Shown here: positions 13,401-27,100 of the stretch, piece after piece | How positions within the stretch are numbered: the first letter of the stretch is position 1 | How the letters are laid out: the number at the start of each line of letters is the position of its first letter | Assembly: GCA_951406725.2 (NCBI GenBank) | Contig: OX597820.1 | Location: forward strand, 100,564,001-100,628,000 | DNA: 64,000 nucleotides | Source: Octopus vulgaris | Lineage: Eukaryota | Direction: 5' to 3' | Notes under the pieces: model-generated | The model's database searches: none | What the model saw: the letters and a program-made list of their open reading frames with translations, nothing else | Told to the model about the DNA's origin: nothing | Program-made: the position numbers and the translations under genes

Positions 13401-16400
13401 CAGCTCATCTTTAACCCATATAATACAAATTTTAACAAAATATTTTATCAACAGAGATAAAAGCTAACAAATAATCTAACATGCAAAAGTTATACACTAA
13501 CTTTATTCCAAACATTTGGGTGTTATGTTTGTTCAACTAATTGCACAACATCATATTTCAAATAAAGTGAAGGTGAAAATTTAGACAGCCACTGAGAAAA
13601 TAATTCAATCCATTAGCATTTCCCATAGTGAGATAGTGTACAGGAAGAATGTATTCAATGAAAAATTCATACAAAACTAAACATTTGCTGTTCTGGATTT
13701 ACACAAATGCTTTTATTCCACCCAAATCTGTTTGCTTTTAAATCTTTCTAATATCCTTCACTATCTCTATCTAAACTCAGCACTTAATCAGTTAGGAATA
13801 TTGTTATTCTTTAGAATTGCACCTCTTTGAAATCCATTACTTAGCCATGGGTTGCAACAAATCCCTAATCTCCATCTCTTGAAATGTCCCCCCCCCTTTT
13901 TTTTTAGTGAATCAATTAAAATTACTGAATAAACAAAGTCAACCAAAAATATTGATCTCTGGCATTGCCATGGGATCACACATTTACAGGGTGGAGGTGT
14001 GGTGCAATTGTTTCGAGGGAAAACTGTACATGAGTAGTTCAGTGTAGAAGAAGTGTGCACTCAGGATTTTCCCTGATGCTCTGCTATTATTGCTAGCTCA
14101 TCACCACCCTTACTATTAATAATGACACAAGAAAACTATTTGTATTAAAGCACCTATGGGTGCTTTAATACAAATAGTTAGCCTCTTCCTCCTCGTTTAA
14201 TGTCTGTTTTCTCCACTGGCATGGTTACACAGTTCAACTGGAACTAGCAAACCAGAGGATTGCATCAAGCTCCGATGTCTGCTTCAAAACACCAGTGTGC
14301 ACTGCTACGAAGGAAATAGTGCTAATCTCTTTTCTTCCTATTACAGTTATAATTTCAGTTGATTAAAAAATTATATTTGGCTCACCACATTACTTTTAGT
14401 ACACTGCATTTAATATCAATATTTAATTCTGTAAATATTCTAAGCACATAAATATTCCATTTTCAGCATATGCAAAGATAATACAGTTAAATTCTCAAAT
14501 TACTTTTCACAATTCTTCATAGCTTATTTTATTTTATTTTATTTTACATACATTAGTTGTGATAACCTGGCTTGGAATTAATTTAAAGACATTTTTTTTT
14601 CTTAATCTTTCTCTTAATAGTGAATATTGTTGGAGCAATTATTTTTATAGCTAAATGTCCTTCCTTGTCATTAAGTACTTATGAAAACTGAAGCTAGAAG
14701 CATAGCATAATGGTTATATAGAAGGTTCGAATATAGGACCATTCGGTCAATAATCTGACTTGTAGCAGTGATCCAAACAGCAAAGCTTCATTATATCATA
14801 AACCTTACATTTAGTATTGTTATACTTGGGGCTGGTCATTCTTTTTTTTTTACCATCCCCAGTTATAACAATATTTGTTTCAACACACGTTTTCACATCA
14901 AGAATCTTGCAAAACAAATACATAAGGTAACTTACATATGGTAATTTGATTTAAATTTCAATGTCCATAATTATTTCTTCCTCCCCACTTCCACCCCTCT
15001 CTCCTTTTCTCTCCCCACTTCTGTCGTTCTTTAATCTCTTGAATCGATTGGAACCAGTCAAACTATCCAACCTTTGCCACCATGAAACATGATGATGATG
15101 GATTGTAAGGATAATTTAAACTTTTCTAAACATTTATGGACTATATAAAACAATATTGTACTGCTATGGATACCTGCAGATATCTTAAGAAAATTTGCAA
15201 TAGCCTCAGTGTCTGAGTACTGAAACAGTTCAATCGTTGTCATCATCGGCATCGTTTTGTCTTTCCTCACTTTAGCAGAATTTGAACTCAGAATGGGGTT
15301 AAAATCATTAACTGTGTAGAATGCCACTGGACTGGCTCCTGTCCAGGTGGCACGTAAAAAACACCACTTGAGCGTGGCCATTGCCAGGACTGCCTGACTG
15401 GCCCTCATGCCGGTGGCACGTAAAAGCACCCACTACACTCTCAGAGTGGTTGTCGTTAGGAAGGGCATCCAGCTGTAGAAACTCTGCCAGATCAGATTGG
15501 AGTCTGGTGCAGCCATCTGGTTTGCCAGACCTCAGTCAAATCGTCCAACCCATGCTAGCATGGAAAGTGGATGTTAAACGATGATGATGATGATGATGAT
15601 GATGATGGTTTCAGGTTCAGTCCTATTGCATGGCATCTTGGATAACTGTCTTCTACAGTACCCTCAGGCCAACTAATGTCTTGTGAATGGATTTGATAGA
15701 CTGAAATTGAAAGAATTTTTTTGTACATGCACATAAAAACACCATCCGAGCGTGGCCGTCTGCCAGCCTCGTCTGGCACCTGTGTCGGTGGCACATAAAA
15801 AACACCATCCGAGCGTGGCCGTTTGCCAGCCTTGTCTGGCACCTGTGTCGGTGGCACATAAAATCACCCACTACACTCTCGGAGTGGTTGGCGTTAGGAA
15901 GGGCATCCAGCTGTAGAAACACTGCCAGATCTGACTGGACTGGTGCAGCTTTCGGGCTCCCCAGACCCCAGTTGAACCGTCCAACCCATGCTAGCATGGA
16001 AAGCGGACGTTAAATGATGATGATGATGATGTATATGTGAGAGCAAATACGTATGTCTCCTTATCTTGATAACATGGGGTAGTTATGAACAAGTGTCACT
16101 GACAAACAGAGTCCTTTATTTCTTGCCTTCAGTGAAGACATGTTTGGCTATGAGGAAATATTCCTTTGCTTATAAACAGATGAGGGTTGACAACAGTAAG
16201 AGCAAAGGGCATCTGCTGAATAAAATCTGTCCCAACAAATTCTGCCAGGCCCATACAAGCTTAGAAAAAAAAGATGTTAAAATGAAGATAACAATGATGA
16301 TGATGACGATGATGACATTAATGAAAGAATAATAAATACCTGTGTGACGTTAAAATTATAGATCGTCCACTTTTTACAAGACTGTTGATGCAATTCCACA

Positions 16401-19400
16401 AATATCTCCGGGCTTTAGGGTCCATGCCAGAAGTTGGTTCATCCTTCAAATAACAATTAACATGGTCAGTTTATTTTAGAATTCTCTTTTTCAACATTAG
16501 ACATTTTTTTTTATTCAATACAAATGTTTATATAACTTTTCCTCAAACTTTAAAACAACCCTTATTTTTCATTTTTATAATCTGAATGACATTACTCAAT
16601 TAAGCAGAAGAATAATAAATTCATTACTCAAAATGAAAATGCTCCATGAGTTTGAATAAATCATTAAGCCTTTATCACTAATCCTCCTCCTCCTCCACCA
16701 GTGTTTTAAATCCGGGTTTTGTCTTCATTTACGGGGGTGGCTGGATCTACCATAGCAACCGAGGTAGGAAGGTGCAGCCCACCCCAAATTTTGGGCTGGC
16801 TGGCGCTCATTTTCCTTTGCTATTAAGAGGCTTTTTTGGAGCAGGATTTTCTACGGGGAGCATGCCTTTGCTTACCCCCAACCTCAGTTTCTAGACATGA
16901 GGTGTCCTGAGACCAAGGCCTCTACCACGATTTTTAAGAAATGTGGTGGAAAACTAACTCAGGAAGGCAGGGACGCTACACCCTGAGACCCCTTTTGGAG
17001 CCCCCTACCTACTAATAACAATGACAATACAATTGGTCTTCTACTCTAAGCTACTATCACCTAAAATCACAGGTAAAAGAATTAAGTATGTTACTGAAAT
17101 GACTCAAACAAACCTGACACTCCATTAATTAAAACTTCATCACCAATCTATGCTATTCCTTTACTTTATAAATTAATTTTTATGAATTTAATAATCACTA
17201 AGGTGGTATCAGCAGGCAGAATTGTTAGTATGCCAGGTAAAATGCTTAGTGGCATTTTGTCTGTCTTTACATTCTGAGATTAAATTCTGCAAGGATTGAC
17301 TTTGCCTTTCATCCTTTTGGAGATGATAAAATAAGTACCAGTTGAGTACTGGGGTCGATGTAATTGACTTACCCCTCTCCAAAATTGCTAGCCTTGTGCC
17401 AAAATTTGAAACCATTAATTTAGTAATCAATGTATCACTGTATTGATCAAGCAATCAGATGTTGCACACCGCTAGTCACAATGTATTTCCTTGCATTGTG
17501 AGCAAGCCAACACCTCTGAACAGAAAGCTAGCCTGTCGTAGGGTTACCCATTAACAGCTGAGCAAACTGGAGTAGTCTGAAATGAAGTGTTCTGCTCAAG
17601 AACACAATGCACAGCCAGTCTAGAAATTGAAACCACGATAATGTAATCATGAACGTAACAACTTTAGTTCAAAATAGTTCTGCCATATAGATTCATGTTA
17701 AATAGGTCAAGTTAATCTTTCTCAGATCTACAGCAAAATAGAAGCTAATCAAACATTGATCCAGCCAACAGGTTTTCACATCAAGTATACCACACTTCAA
17801 TCTCCCCTGAAACCATGCTACACGTGCATTCATGTTGTTGTTGTTTTTTTTTTGACTGTGTAGGGTGTAGAGTAAGCTATAAATGATTATAAATAAAATT
17901 TTATTTTTAGTTAAGAGATATTGCTAGTCTTTTTAATTAAAAAAATGCAGAGTCTGAGAAAATTAGTGGTAGTCCACATTGGCAAATGATATTTAACAAT
18001 GTTCTTATGGGGAGACTGCTGCCCTAAACATTTCAGACAGTTTCTTCCACTTGGCTGGAAAATTCAGTACTCATATCTTCTTACAGCATACGCACTTGAA
18101 ATTTACGAAGAACTCCTTGTTAATAGTCTGTCAAGCTATTGTAATGAGTCACACTAGAACATGCAAATATCTAATTTTACTTTACAGAGACCAGCAAACC
18201 TATATTAGTTGCGAAAAAAGTTACAAATGAAAATGTTTTTGAATTAATGGGTAACTGTAGTTGATCTAGACCACTTTACAATATAACAGCCCACTATTCA
18301 ATGCAACAGCTCATTTTATAATGCAACAGCCCACAATTTTATACAATGGAAAACACACACACACACACACACACATGTACACACTCAGAAATACAATTCA
18401 ACTATTGATCTATATTGCTAAACTATATCTTCACAAATTAAACATTAAGCTACCAACCACTCCAGCTATTTTTGCACATCCACGTTATCTTCATGCCATA
18501 AACTAATAACTAAAATAATAAAATCCCAATCACTCCAGCTATTTTTAAACATTCATCAGTCTTCAGTCTATCTTCACACCATAAAATACTAATTATTAAA
18601 ATGATAAAAAGTCAATTATGAATATTTAAATCATTCAAAATATGGTGCTGCTTCTCCTTCACATCTTGTAAATCATTGCACCAACTGAAATTTTATATGC
18701 ATCCTCATTTGAAAGTGTTGTTTTGAGTGGCCCTGCTCAACTATATTTCAATAAACTTCTAGGAATATAATTTGGAAGTTAACTCACATTTAGGTTTTAT
18801 TAAGTTAGTTAAAGGGGAAAAAAGCAATATTTATGACCTTTGCAGGGTCTTCCAGATGAACTGAAATTGATTAGGTGGATGCCAAGACTAAACATCTGTG
18901 GTCAGTGTCTGCAGGAAAAATCTTGAGTAAGGGATTAGCATGAATGCTTACAGTTGAATGAGAACCATTAACGACAACCTAAGGACTAGTGGAGATGATA
19001 AATGAAGTGGTATGTTAGGCCTCAGAAAAAAAAAAAGAAGCATCCTGGTATGGTATGGCAATGCTGCCAATAGATGTCTATTTGAAAAGGAAAGACGAAT
19101 GATGTCAGCATCATCATCGTCATCAAACATCTGTCTTCCATGTTGGAATAAAGTGGTATGTTAGGCCTCGGAAGAAAGGATCCTGATAGGTTATGGCAAT
19201 GTTACCAATAGAATGGATATCTATTTGAAAAAGAAAGATAAATGTTGTCATTGTTATTGTCATCAAACCTTCATCTTTCATGTTGGCATGGGTTGAACAC
19301 TTTGACAGGAACTGACAGATTGGAGGACTGCATCAATGTTTCAATGTTAGCAAGTTTTCTATGGTATATGCCCTTCCTAATGTTGATCATTTTACAGCGT

Positions 19401-19632
19401 GTACTGGGTGTCTTTTTACATGGCACTAGTACAAGTGAGGTCGCCATGCAGCTTGCAAAAACTAAGATCCCCCTCCAAATGAGGTGGAGCTATAGTAAAG
19501 ATGGAGGTGGTATCATGCGAGGAAATGAATGGGGTTAAGATACGAGAGAAGGGAACATTTAGGTTTCTTCCTGTAGAGGAGCTATATGTCTACTCATATC
19601 ATAAAGAGAGTGAAAGTAGCTGATGTGGAGCT

Positions 19633-19667
<35 letters not shown>

Positions 19668-19719
19668 ATAGTGGTGATGAGGTGATGAGCTAGAGGGTGG
19701 AAGTAGCTGACAGGGAGCT

Positions 19720-19750
<31 letters not shown>

Positions 19751-19751
19751 A

Positions 19752-19805
<54 letters not shown>

Positions 19806-22800
19806 ATGGTGATGAGGTATCATGGGAGATCCTCAAGGTGTGAGGTGAACATGTGTGTCAGAATTAGGCTAGGTCTTGAACATTGCTGAGTAGAGCTCAA
19901 GTTCCATATAAGAATAAAATAAAAGTTAGAAAAAGAAACAAAACAAAAACAAAAACAAATTTAAGATAATTGATATCATCATTTCTGCTTACCAAGAAAA
20001 TTATGCTTGGGTTCCCAATTAAGGCAATTGCTGTTGACAACTTTCGCTTATTTCCACCTGAGTATGTCTGTGAAGGTTTGTCAGCATATTTAGTTAAATC
20101 TAATTTATTTATTGCCCAGTTGGCTACCTGAAATAATAATAATAAACATAGCTTTAGTTAAGGGTAAGATTTCATAGGTAAATATCTGAGAAGTGACATA
20201 AACATCTAAACTAACTAATAAAGCAAACTACAATTTTACACACTTTAGATTGAATAAGTTTAAAATTATAATACAGTGATACAACTGAAGAAAGGCTAGA
20301 GAGTAAAGTGGAGAAGACTAAAGATTACAGTCATTATTATTATTATTATTATTATTCTTTCTTTCGCCCTTTTCAAGCCTAGCCGGGCTCATGGGCCTGG
20401 TTTCCTGGTTTCTGTGGTGTATGTGTTCCCCCCAGCTGGACGGGACGTCAGTCCATTGCAGTGTTACTCAAGAAACAGGAAGAGAGAGTGAGAGAAAGTT
20501 GGGGCGAAAGAGTACAACAGGGGTCACCACCACCCCCTGCCGGAGCCTCGTGGAGCTTTAGGTGTTTTCGCTCAATAAACACACACAATGCCTGGTCTGG
20601 GAATTGAAACCGCGATCCTCTGACTGCAAGTTCACTGCCCTAACCACTGGGATATTGCACCTCCACATTATTATTATTATTATTGAGTTCAAATTCCACC
20701 AAGGTTGACTTTGCCTTTCATCCTTACAGGGTTGATAAATTAAGTACCAGTGAAACACTGGGGTCGATGTAATCGACTAGTCCCCTCCCCTAAAATTTCA
20801 GGCCGTATGTCTTTAGTAGAAAGGATTATTATTATTACTATTATTATTAATAATAATATGGTGGCGAGCTGGCAGAGTCATTAGCTGACCAGGCAAAAAT
20901 GCTTAGTAGTATTTCATCTGCCCCTATGTTCTGAGTTCAAATTACACTGAGGTTGACTTTGCTTTGCATCCTTTTGTGGTTGATAGAATAAGTGGTAGTT
21001 GAGCACTGGGGTCGATGTAATTGACTTATCCCCTCCCCCATAATTTCGGGCATTGTGCCTATAGTAGAAAGGATTATTATTATTATTATTATGATCCTCA
21101 TCATTATGAAGGTGGTGAGCTGGCAGAATCGTTAGCATGCCAGGCAAAATGCTTAGCAGCATTTCATCCATCTTTATGTTCTGAGTTCAGATTCCACTGA
21201 GGTCAACATTGCCTTTCATCTTTTGAGCTCAATAAAATAAGTGCCAGTTGAGAAGAGGGGTTGATTCAATCGACTTACCTCGTCCCCTGAAATTGCTGGC
21301 CTTGTGCCAAAATTTGAAACCAACATATGTGAAATAGTGTTGATTGAAGTGATTGATTTTCAATTAACAATAATAAATATAACTAAGAGTAAAACAAATA
21401 TTGTGGTTTAACTGAACCACAATAATCATATAAATATTTTTAATCATTATTATTTCATTTTTTTTAAAAAACCAAAACAAAGTAAGTTATAGAAAAATAA
21501 CATAGGCGTAGGAGTGGCTGCGTGATAAGTAGCTTGCTTACAAACTACATGGTTCCGGGTTCAAGTGTCTTCTACTATAGTCTTGAGCCGACCAAAGCCT
21601 TGTGAGTGGATTTGGTAGACGGAAACTGAAAGAAGCTCATCATATATATGTAAATATATACGTATGTGTGTGTGTGTATACGTTTGTGTGTCTGTGTTCC
21701 CCCCCCCCGCCAACATTGCTTGACAACCGATGGTGGTGTGTTTACGTTCCCATAACTTAGCGGTTTGGCAAAAGAGACCGATAGAATAAGTACTAGGCTT
21801 ACAAAGAATAAGTCCTGGGGTCGATTTGCTCGACTAAAGGCGGTGCTCCAGCATGGCCAGTCACATGACTGAAACATGTAAAAGAGTAAAATAGAGTAAA
21901 GAGTATAGGTTGATGGTTAAGATTTCCTGAAGCAGTCTTCCTAACCCTGAAATATTGAAATACAAGGAACCAGATATTACTTCATGAAAACTATAACACA
22001 ATAAACATGCTATAGCTTACACCAGAACTGAAATAAATAATACATTGAGCTACATAATATGCAGCACTGAGATTTATTACAATGTTGCTTACCTGTTTAA
22101 CTTCTTTTTCTGGTATTCCCCGGAGTCTGGCATAAAGCTCCAAATGTTCTCGACCAGTTAATAAAGAATTTAAAGCATCAAACTGAGGACAATAACTTAT
22201 GCTCTGGTAAACTTGGTTTATATCGGTTTTGATGCTATGACCATTGATATATGCATCCCCAAAAGTAGGACTAATTTCACCAGTCAGCATCTTAAATGTA
22301 GTTGTTTTACCAGCACCATTGACTCCAAGCAGGCCAAAACACTGTCCTTTAGGAACACTTATGCATAAACGATCAACTGCAAGTTGTTTCTTTCTATAAC
22401 CAGTATAAACCTGAAAGACAAATTAATAAAACATGAGCTTCTAATAAACAATTATATATATAGCTAAATTACAACATTTTTGATTTCTTTTAATATTTAC
22501 CATTTATTATTTTTTCTTCCAGTCTTTCAAGAGTGTTATTAATAGAGCAGTTGTTTTTATTTTTTTTTATGGCTAGATATCGTTCATACTTTCAACTGTA
22601 AAGCTTAGTTATGTGCATTGCTCCGAGACATAATACAATGACTGTAGTAAGATTTGAACTTATAATCTTAGAGCCATTATGTCTTTAGTTAGATTTAGAC
22701 TTAGACTAAGGTCTGTTATGAGCCCCAGGGTTCAGAAAGCAGGAAGTTAATATGGATTCTGAGGCATATAAATAACTGATTTTACAAATCTACCACCTCC

Positions 22801-24108
22801 ACCCTCAAATGTGAAGGTGGACTATTGCAGGATTAACATTCTAGCTATTACAGGAACTCATTTTTAGCCGATTGGACTGGAACAATGTGAAATGAAGTCT
22901 TTTGTTCAAGAATCAATACTGCCTGATTTGGGAAGTGAAACCACTATCTCAGGATTACAAGTGCAACAACCTAACCACTAGGTCATATGACTTTATAAGT
23001 TAGTCAGCTGCTTTAGAAAAAGGTGAAAAAAAGAAACACACTAAAGGAGTTTATGTGTTTCTGACGGTACTAAGTTTATCAGTTTTAGCCAAGAAGTAAG
23101 TATGAATTATTTTGAGACTCCTTAATGCACTCAAATCAGACTATATATATAACATGCCTCCGCTGCATTATCTGGAGGAGTTTTCTAGGATACAGCAACT
23201 AATGACTCCTGGATTTTCCATTTCCACTTTCTGAGTAACAATAAAACTAAAACCAAATCCTTTCTTTCATCGTATTATCTAGATGAGTTTCCGAGTTTCC
23301 TAGAATACAGCAGCAAGCGACACAAGTCTGCAAATAATAGTAGGTCATAGTAAGGTGGCGAGCGGGCAGAATCATTAGCACACCAGGCGAAATGCTTAGT
23401 GGTCAAACTTCACAAGGGTTGACTTTGCCTCCTTCTGGGGTCAATAACATAAGTACCAGTTGAGCACTTGAACACTGGAATCAATGTAATCAACTTAACC
23501 TGTTCTCTGAAACTGCTGGCCTTGTGCCAAAATTTGAAATCAATAGTATGACATAGTTACCAATGAAATTGCCAGAGTTACAACACTACAAACAGTAAGC
23601 GCATCGGCAAATTTAGTCCTTAACTTAAAACTTCAGATTTTCTTTAAAACAGTTTTGAAATTCATGTACTTTTAATGACCTTAGGACAAGAATGAACACC
23701 ACAACATATTCCAGTGAACAGAAATTGATGCTATGCAATTTTTCAAATCACTAAAAAATTTTTTCCCTCCATTACCTTTGTTAGATTTTTTATGACTAAG
23801 ATATCATCTGTAGTTTTATTAAACATCACTTTTTCTCGCTCTTGTTTAACATCTATGTCTTCGGGAATAGATGGCGCACTGATAAGCTTGGGTTTCCTGC
23901 ACATAAAAAAATAAATGCATATATATATGTATATATAATAATAATAATATGAGGGAATATTATTCCAAACTTACAGGGAAAAATCATTTTACAAGATTAT
24001 TTACATATATTTATTAATTAATTATTTTATTATTGTAGCTATCTTTAACCTGATGAGTGGCTATATTTATATTGAAGTGATTTTACTACTACTGCTAATA
24101 TTTTTCTA

Positions 24109-24172
<64 letters not shown>

Positions 24173-27100
24173 GTGAATGCAAGTGTGTGATCATTAGTTA
24201 AAATATATTCAATGTTAAAACCTTTAGTATTCAGATTTCTTTGTGAAATGTAATTCCTATTTATTCACATTCTTTAAAGTTAATTCTATATTATCTTGTA
24301 ACTTTGAGATTTTGAAATTATGATTGTTTATTTTTAGCATGACATTGTAGGGTAGGTGTGAGAGGCTGGGTCTGGCCAGTTTGAAAATAAAACAGGTAGA
24401 ATATTTGGGCTGGATATAGCTAATTGAAATGCTAAAGAGTTAATTCCTATGTGCGCGTGTGTGTGTGTGTGAGTGTGTGTATCTGTGTGTGTGTGGGGGA
24501 GTGTACTTGTTTAAATTCTTGGATACAATAAGCAAATAATTAGACTGGAATATTTGCAGTTCTGAAGAGTTTGGTGGAATTAAGGTGTCTGTTTATTAAG
24601 TAAGATCATTCACCATATTGCAGTATGCATTATGTCAGATATCTTCAAGAAAGTAATCATACTAATAGTTAAAAGGTGTAACAATGCAACTGCAATAAAC
24701 AACTGTACACATTTTTTGCTTTAGTAACAGATCAATTAACTGAATCAATCATGTCTAGTTTTAATCAATGTATATAACTACAACATACATTTCTTACTTC
24801 AAGTCCATGTAATTAATGTAAATGCTTCATATTTCTCATTAAAGCTATTATATAAAAACAGCATAAGCATAAATGTATTATTTATAGAAAGAAAAATGCA
24901 TTACTATACCAGAATTTTTTCCAGAAAGGGTATTCCATAAGAAGAGTTATAATAAAGAAGATAATTCCCAGGATAAACATTGCAAAAAGATTCTGACCAA
25001 TTTTGTTCCATTCAAATGGATTTAAGTACACCATTTCACCTGTGAAGAAATAATAAGCATTAATGAAAGAACTACACCGATTTCCAACTGAAGAACCTGG
25101 AATTATAATATTGGTAAAGGAAATCTATAAAAAAAAATTTCATAATAGAGAATTCTATCTGGCAGTTGATACCCAATTCATGATGAGTTTAATATAGAGT
25201 AGGCTGTAGTTCACCACCTCGTCACAAGAAGTTCTTAATTAAATTCAGAGTGAAGACCCAAAAGTAAAAGAACCTGCGACAACTGGAGGATTCTGGTCTA
25301 AGGGTGAACATTCCCAGGCTGATTTGGTACCTAAGTTACGATTTGAGGAACTGTTCTACTTAGAAACACTTGAAATGCCAGAATCTGATTTGTACTCAGC
25401 ACTTAAGAGCAAGTAGTTCAATACTCTATCTCATTAGCTACTACTACTCTATGTAATATCCTCCTCTTCCTCTACTGCCACAAATAACACCACAGTCTGT
25501 CACTCTGTATCAACCTCAAACTATGTTCATCTTGATCTTTCTTACTTTGCTTCTTTGGCCTCTAGTGCACTGTCCCTCATAACACTCTATCTAACTGGAT
25601 ACACAGAACATGTCCAAACCATTTCCATCTGTTTCTCAACAAGCCATTCATTGGTATTGATAACTTTGGTGACCTCTTGTATTTTGCCGAATCTTCAAAC
25701 AGATTCAATATCTGATATCTAAAATTCTCCTTTGTCTTCAAAAATGTGAAAATAGCAGATGTGGTTTCATATGGACAAACCCAAGTTATTTATTATTCAT
25801 TGTGGAATTTCCAGAATTTTTCTGTTCACATAAATCGATCTCCCTATTGAATTTTTCCATCTTCTCTCAATAAGAGTTACATTGAAGTTTGCAACTAGGT
25901 TTCTTTTCAATTATCAACTACTAGCATGACTAAGTGGGTATATTGATCAGGTACATATCATGTAGAAAGATTTCTTTGTTCTCTTATAAGACAGAGATTT
26001 CTCTATGTAAGTTTAAAATCATACCCTCTTTGTGTGGGTTCACAAAATATGGGTGGATGGAGAAGGCACATGTTTGTCCAAACATTAAAGGAATACTGCA
26101 ATTTTGTAAATAAGAAATGTAAATAGAAAAGATAAGAAAGGCAAAAATGCCTTACAATTGAGGGAAAGATAGAAACTAGTTGAAGTAGTATCTATATGTA
26201 GAGACTTAAAGTAAACTATGTGTAGGAATTTCATATATTCAAATATTTACAAATGTGATGTATAGATGAGAGGGAGAAAGAGAGAGAAGGGGGGAGAAAG
26301 AGAGAGAAGGAGGGAGAAAGAGAGAGAAGGAGGGAGAAAGAGAGAAAGACAGACAGACGGAAAGAGACAGATGGCTAAATGTGTTACTTCTTTAGGTGTG
26401 CTTATAAATCAAAGATATTTGTCTGAGCTTTGTTATAAGTTAATTCTTGACTTACCAAACCTTTCACTGACTTCATATATTAATTGATCTTGAGCCATTT
26501 GTACAAGTCCTCGCCCAAAGCAATATTGAGGCAGCAACAGAAATACTTTCTTCAGAATATCATTTACATGCCTTAATTCCTGAAAGTGAATAAACCAATT
26601 AAACCTTTAGCATTCAGATTACTCTGGCAAATGCAATGCTTATTTATTCACCTTGTTTCGAATTAATCATGCATTATCTTGTAACTTCAAAATTTCAGTG
26701 GTGTGATTGTTTATTTTTAGAATGACATAATAGTGAAAGTGTAAAAAGTTAAATCTTGTTGCTTTGAACATAAAACAGGCACAATATATGGGCTGGTTAT
26801 GGCTCAGTGGTAGGGCTTACAATCATGAGGTTGTGAGTTCGATTCCCGGACTGAGCTGTGTGTTGTGTTCATGTGTAAGACACTTTATTTTACTTTGCTC
26901 CAGTTTACTCAGCTGTAGAGGTGAACTTTCTAGATGCAATTTCATGGTTATTCATAACTTTGGGGATCTTTACCGTTTACCCTTTTATATCATTGGAGCA
27001 TTGTTTTACAGCTGGAAGCCCTTTCAGTCACTAAACATTACCTGTTCTTCATGTAATGGAAACCCTTAACCCACACATTTTCAAAAGCATGATTGAATGG

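Noticed and set aside
24049-24110. CTGATGAG hammerhead half-core in a Penelope-like patch
   Set aside because: No stem II partner or GAAA..UH half follows; truncated by (TA)n
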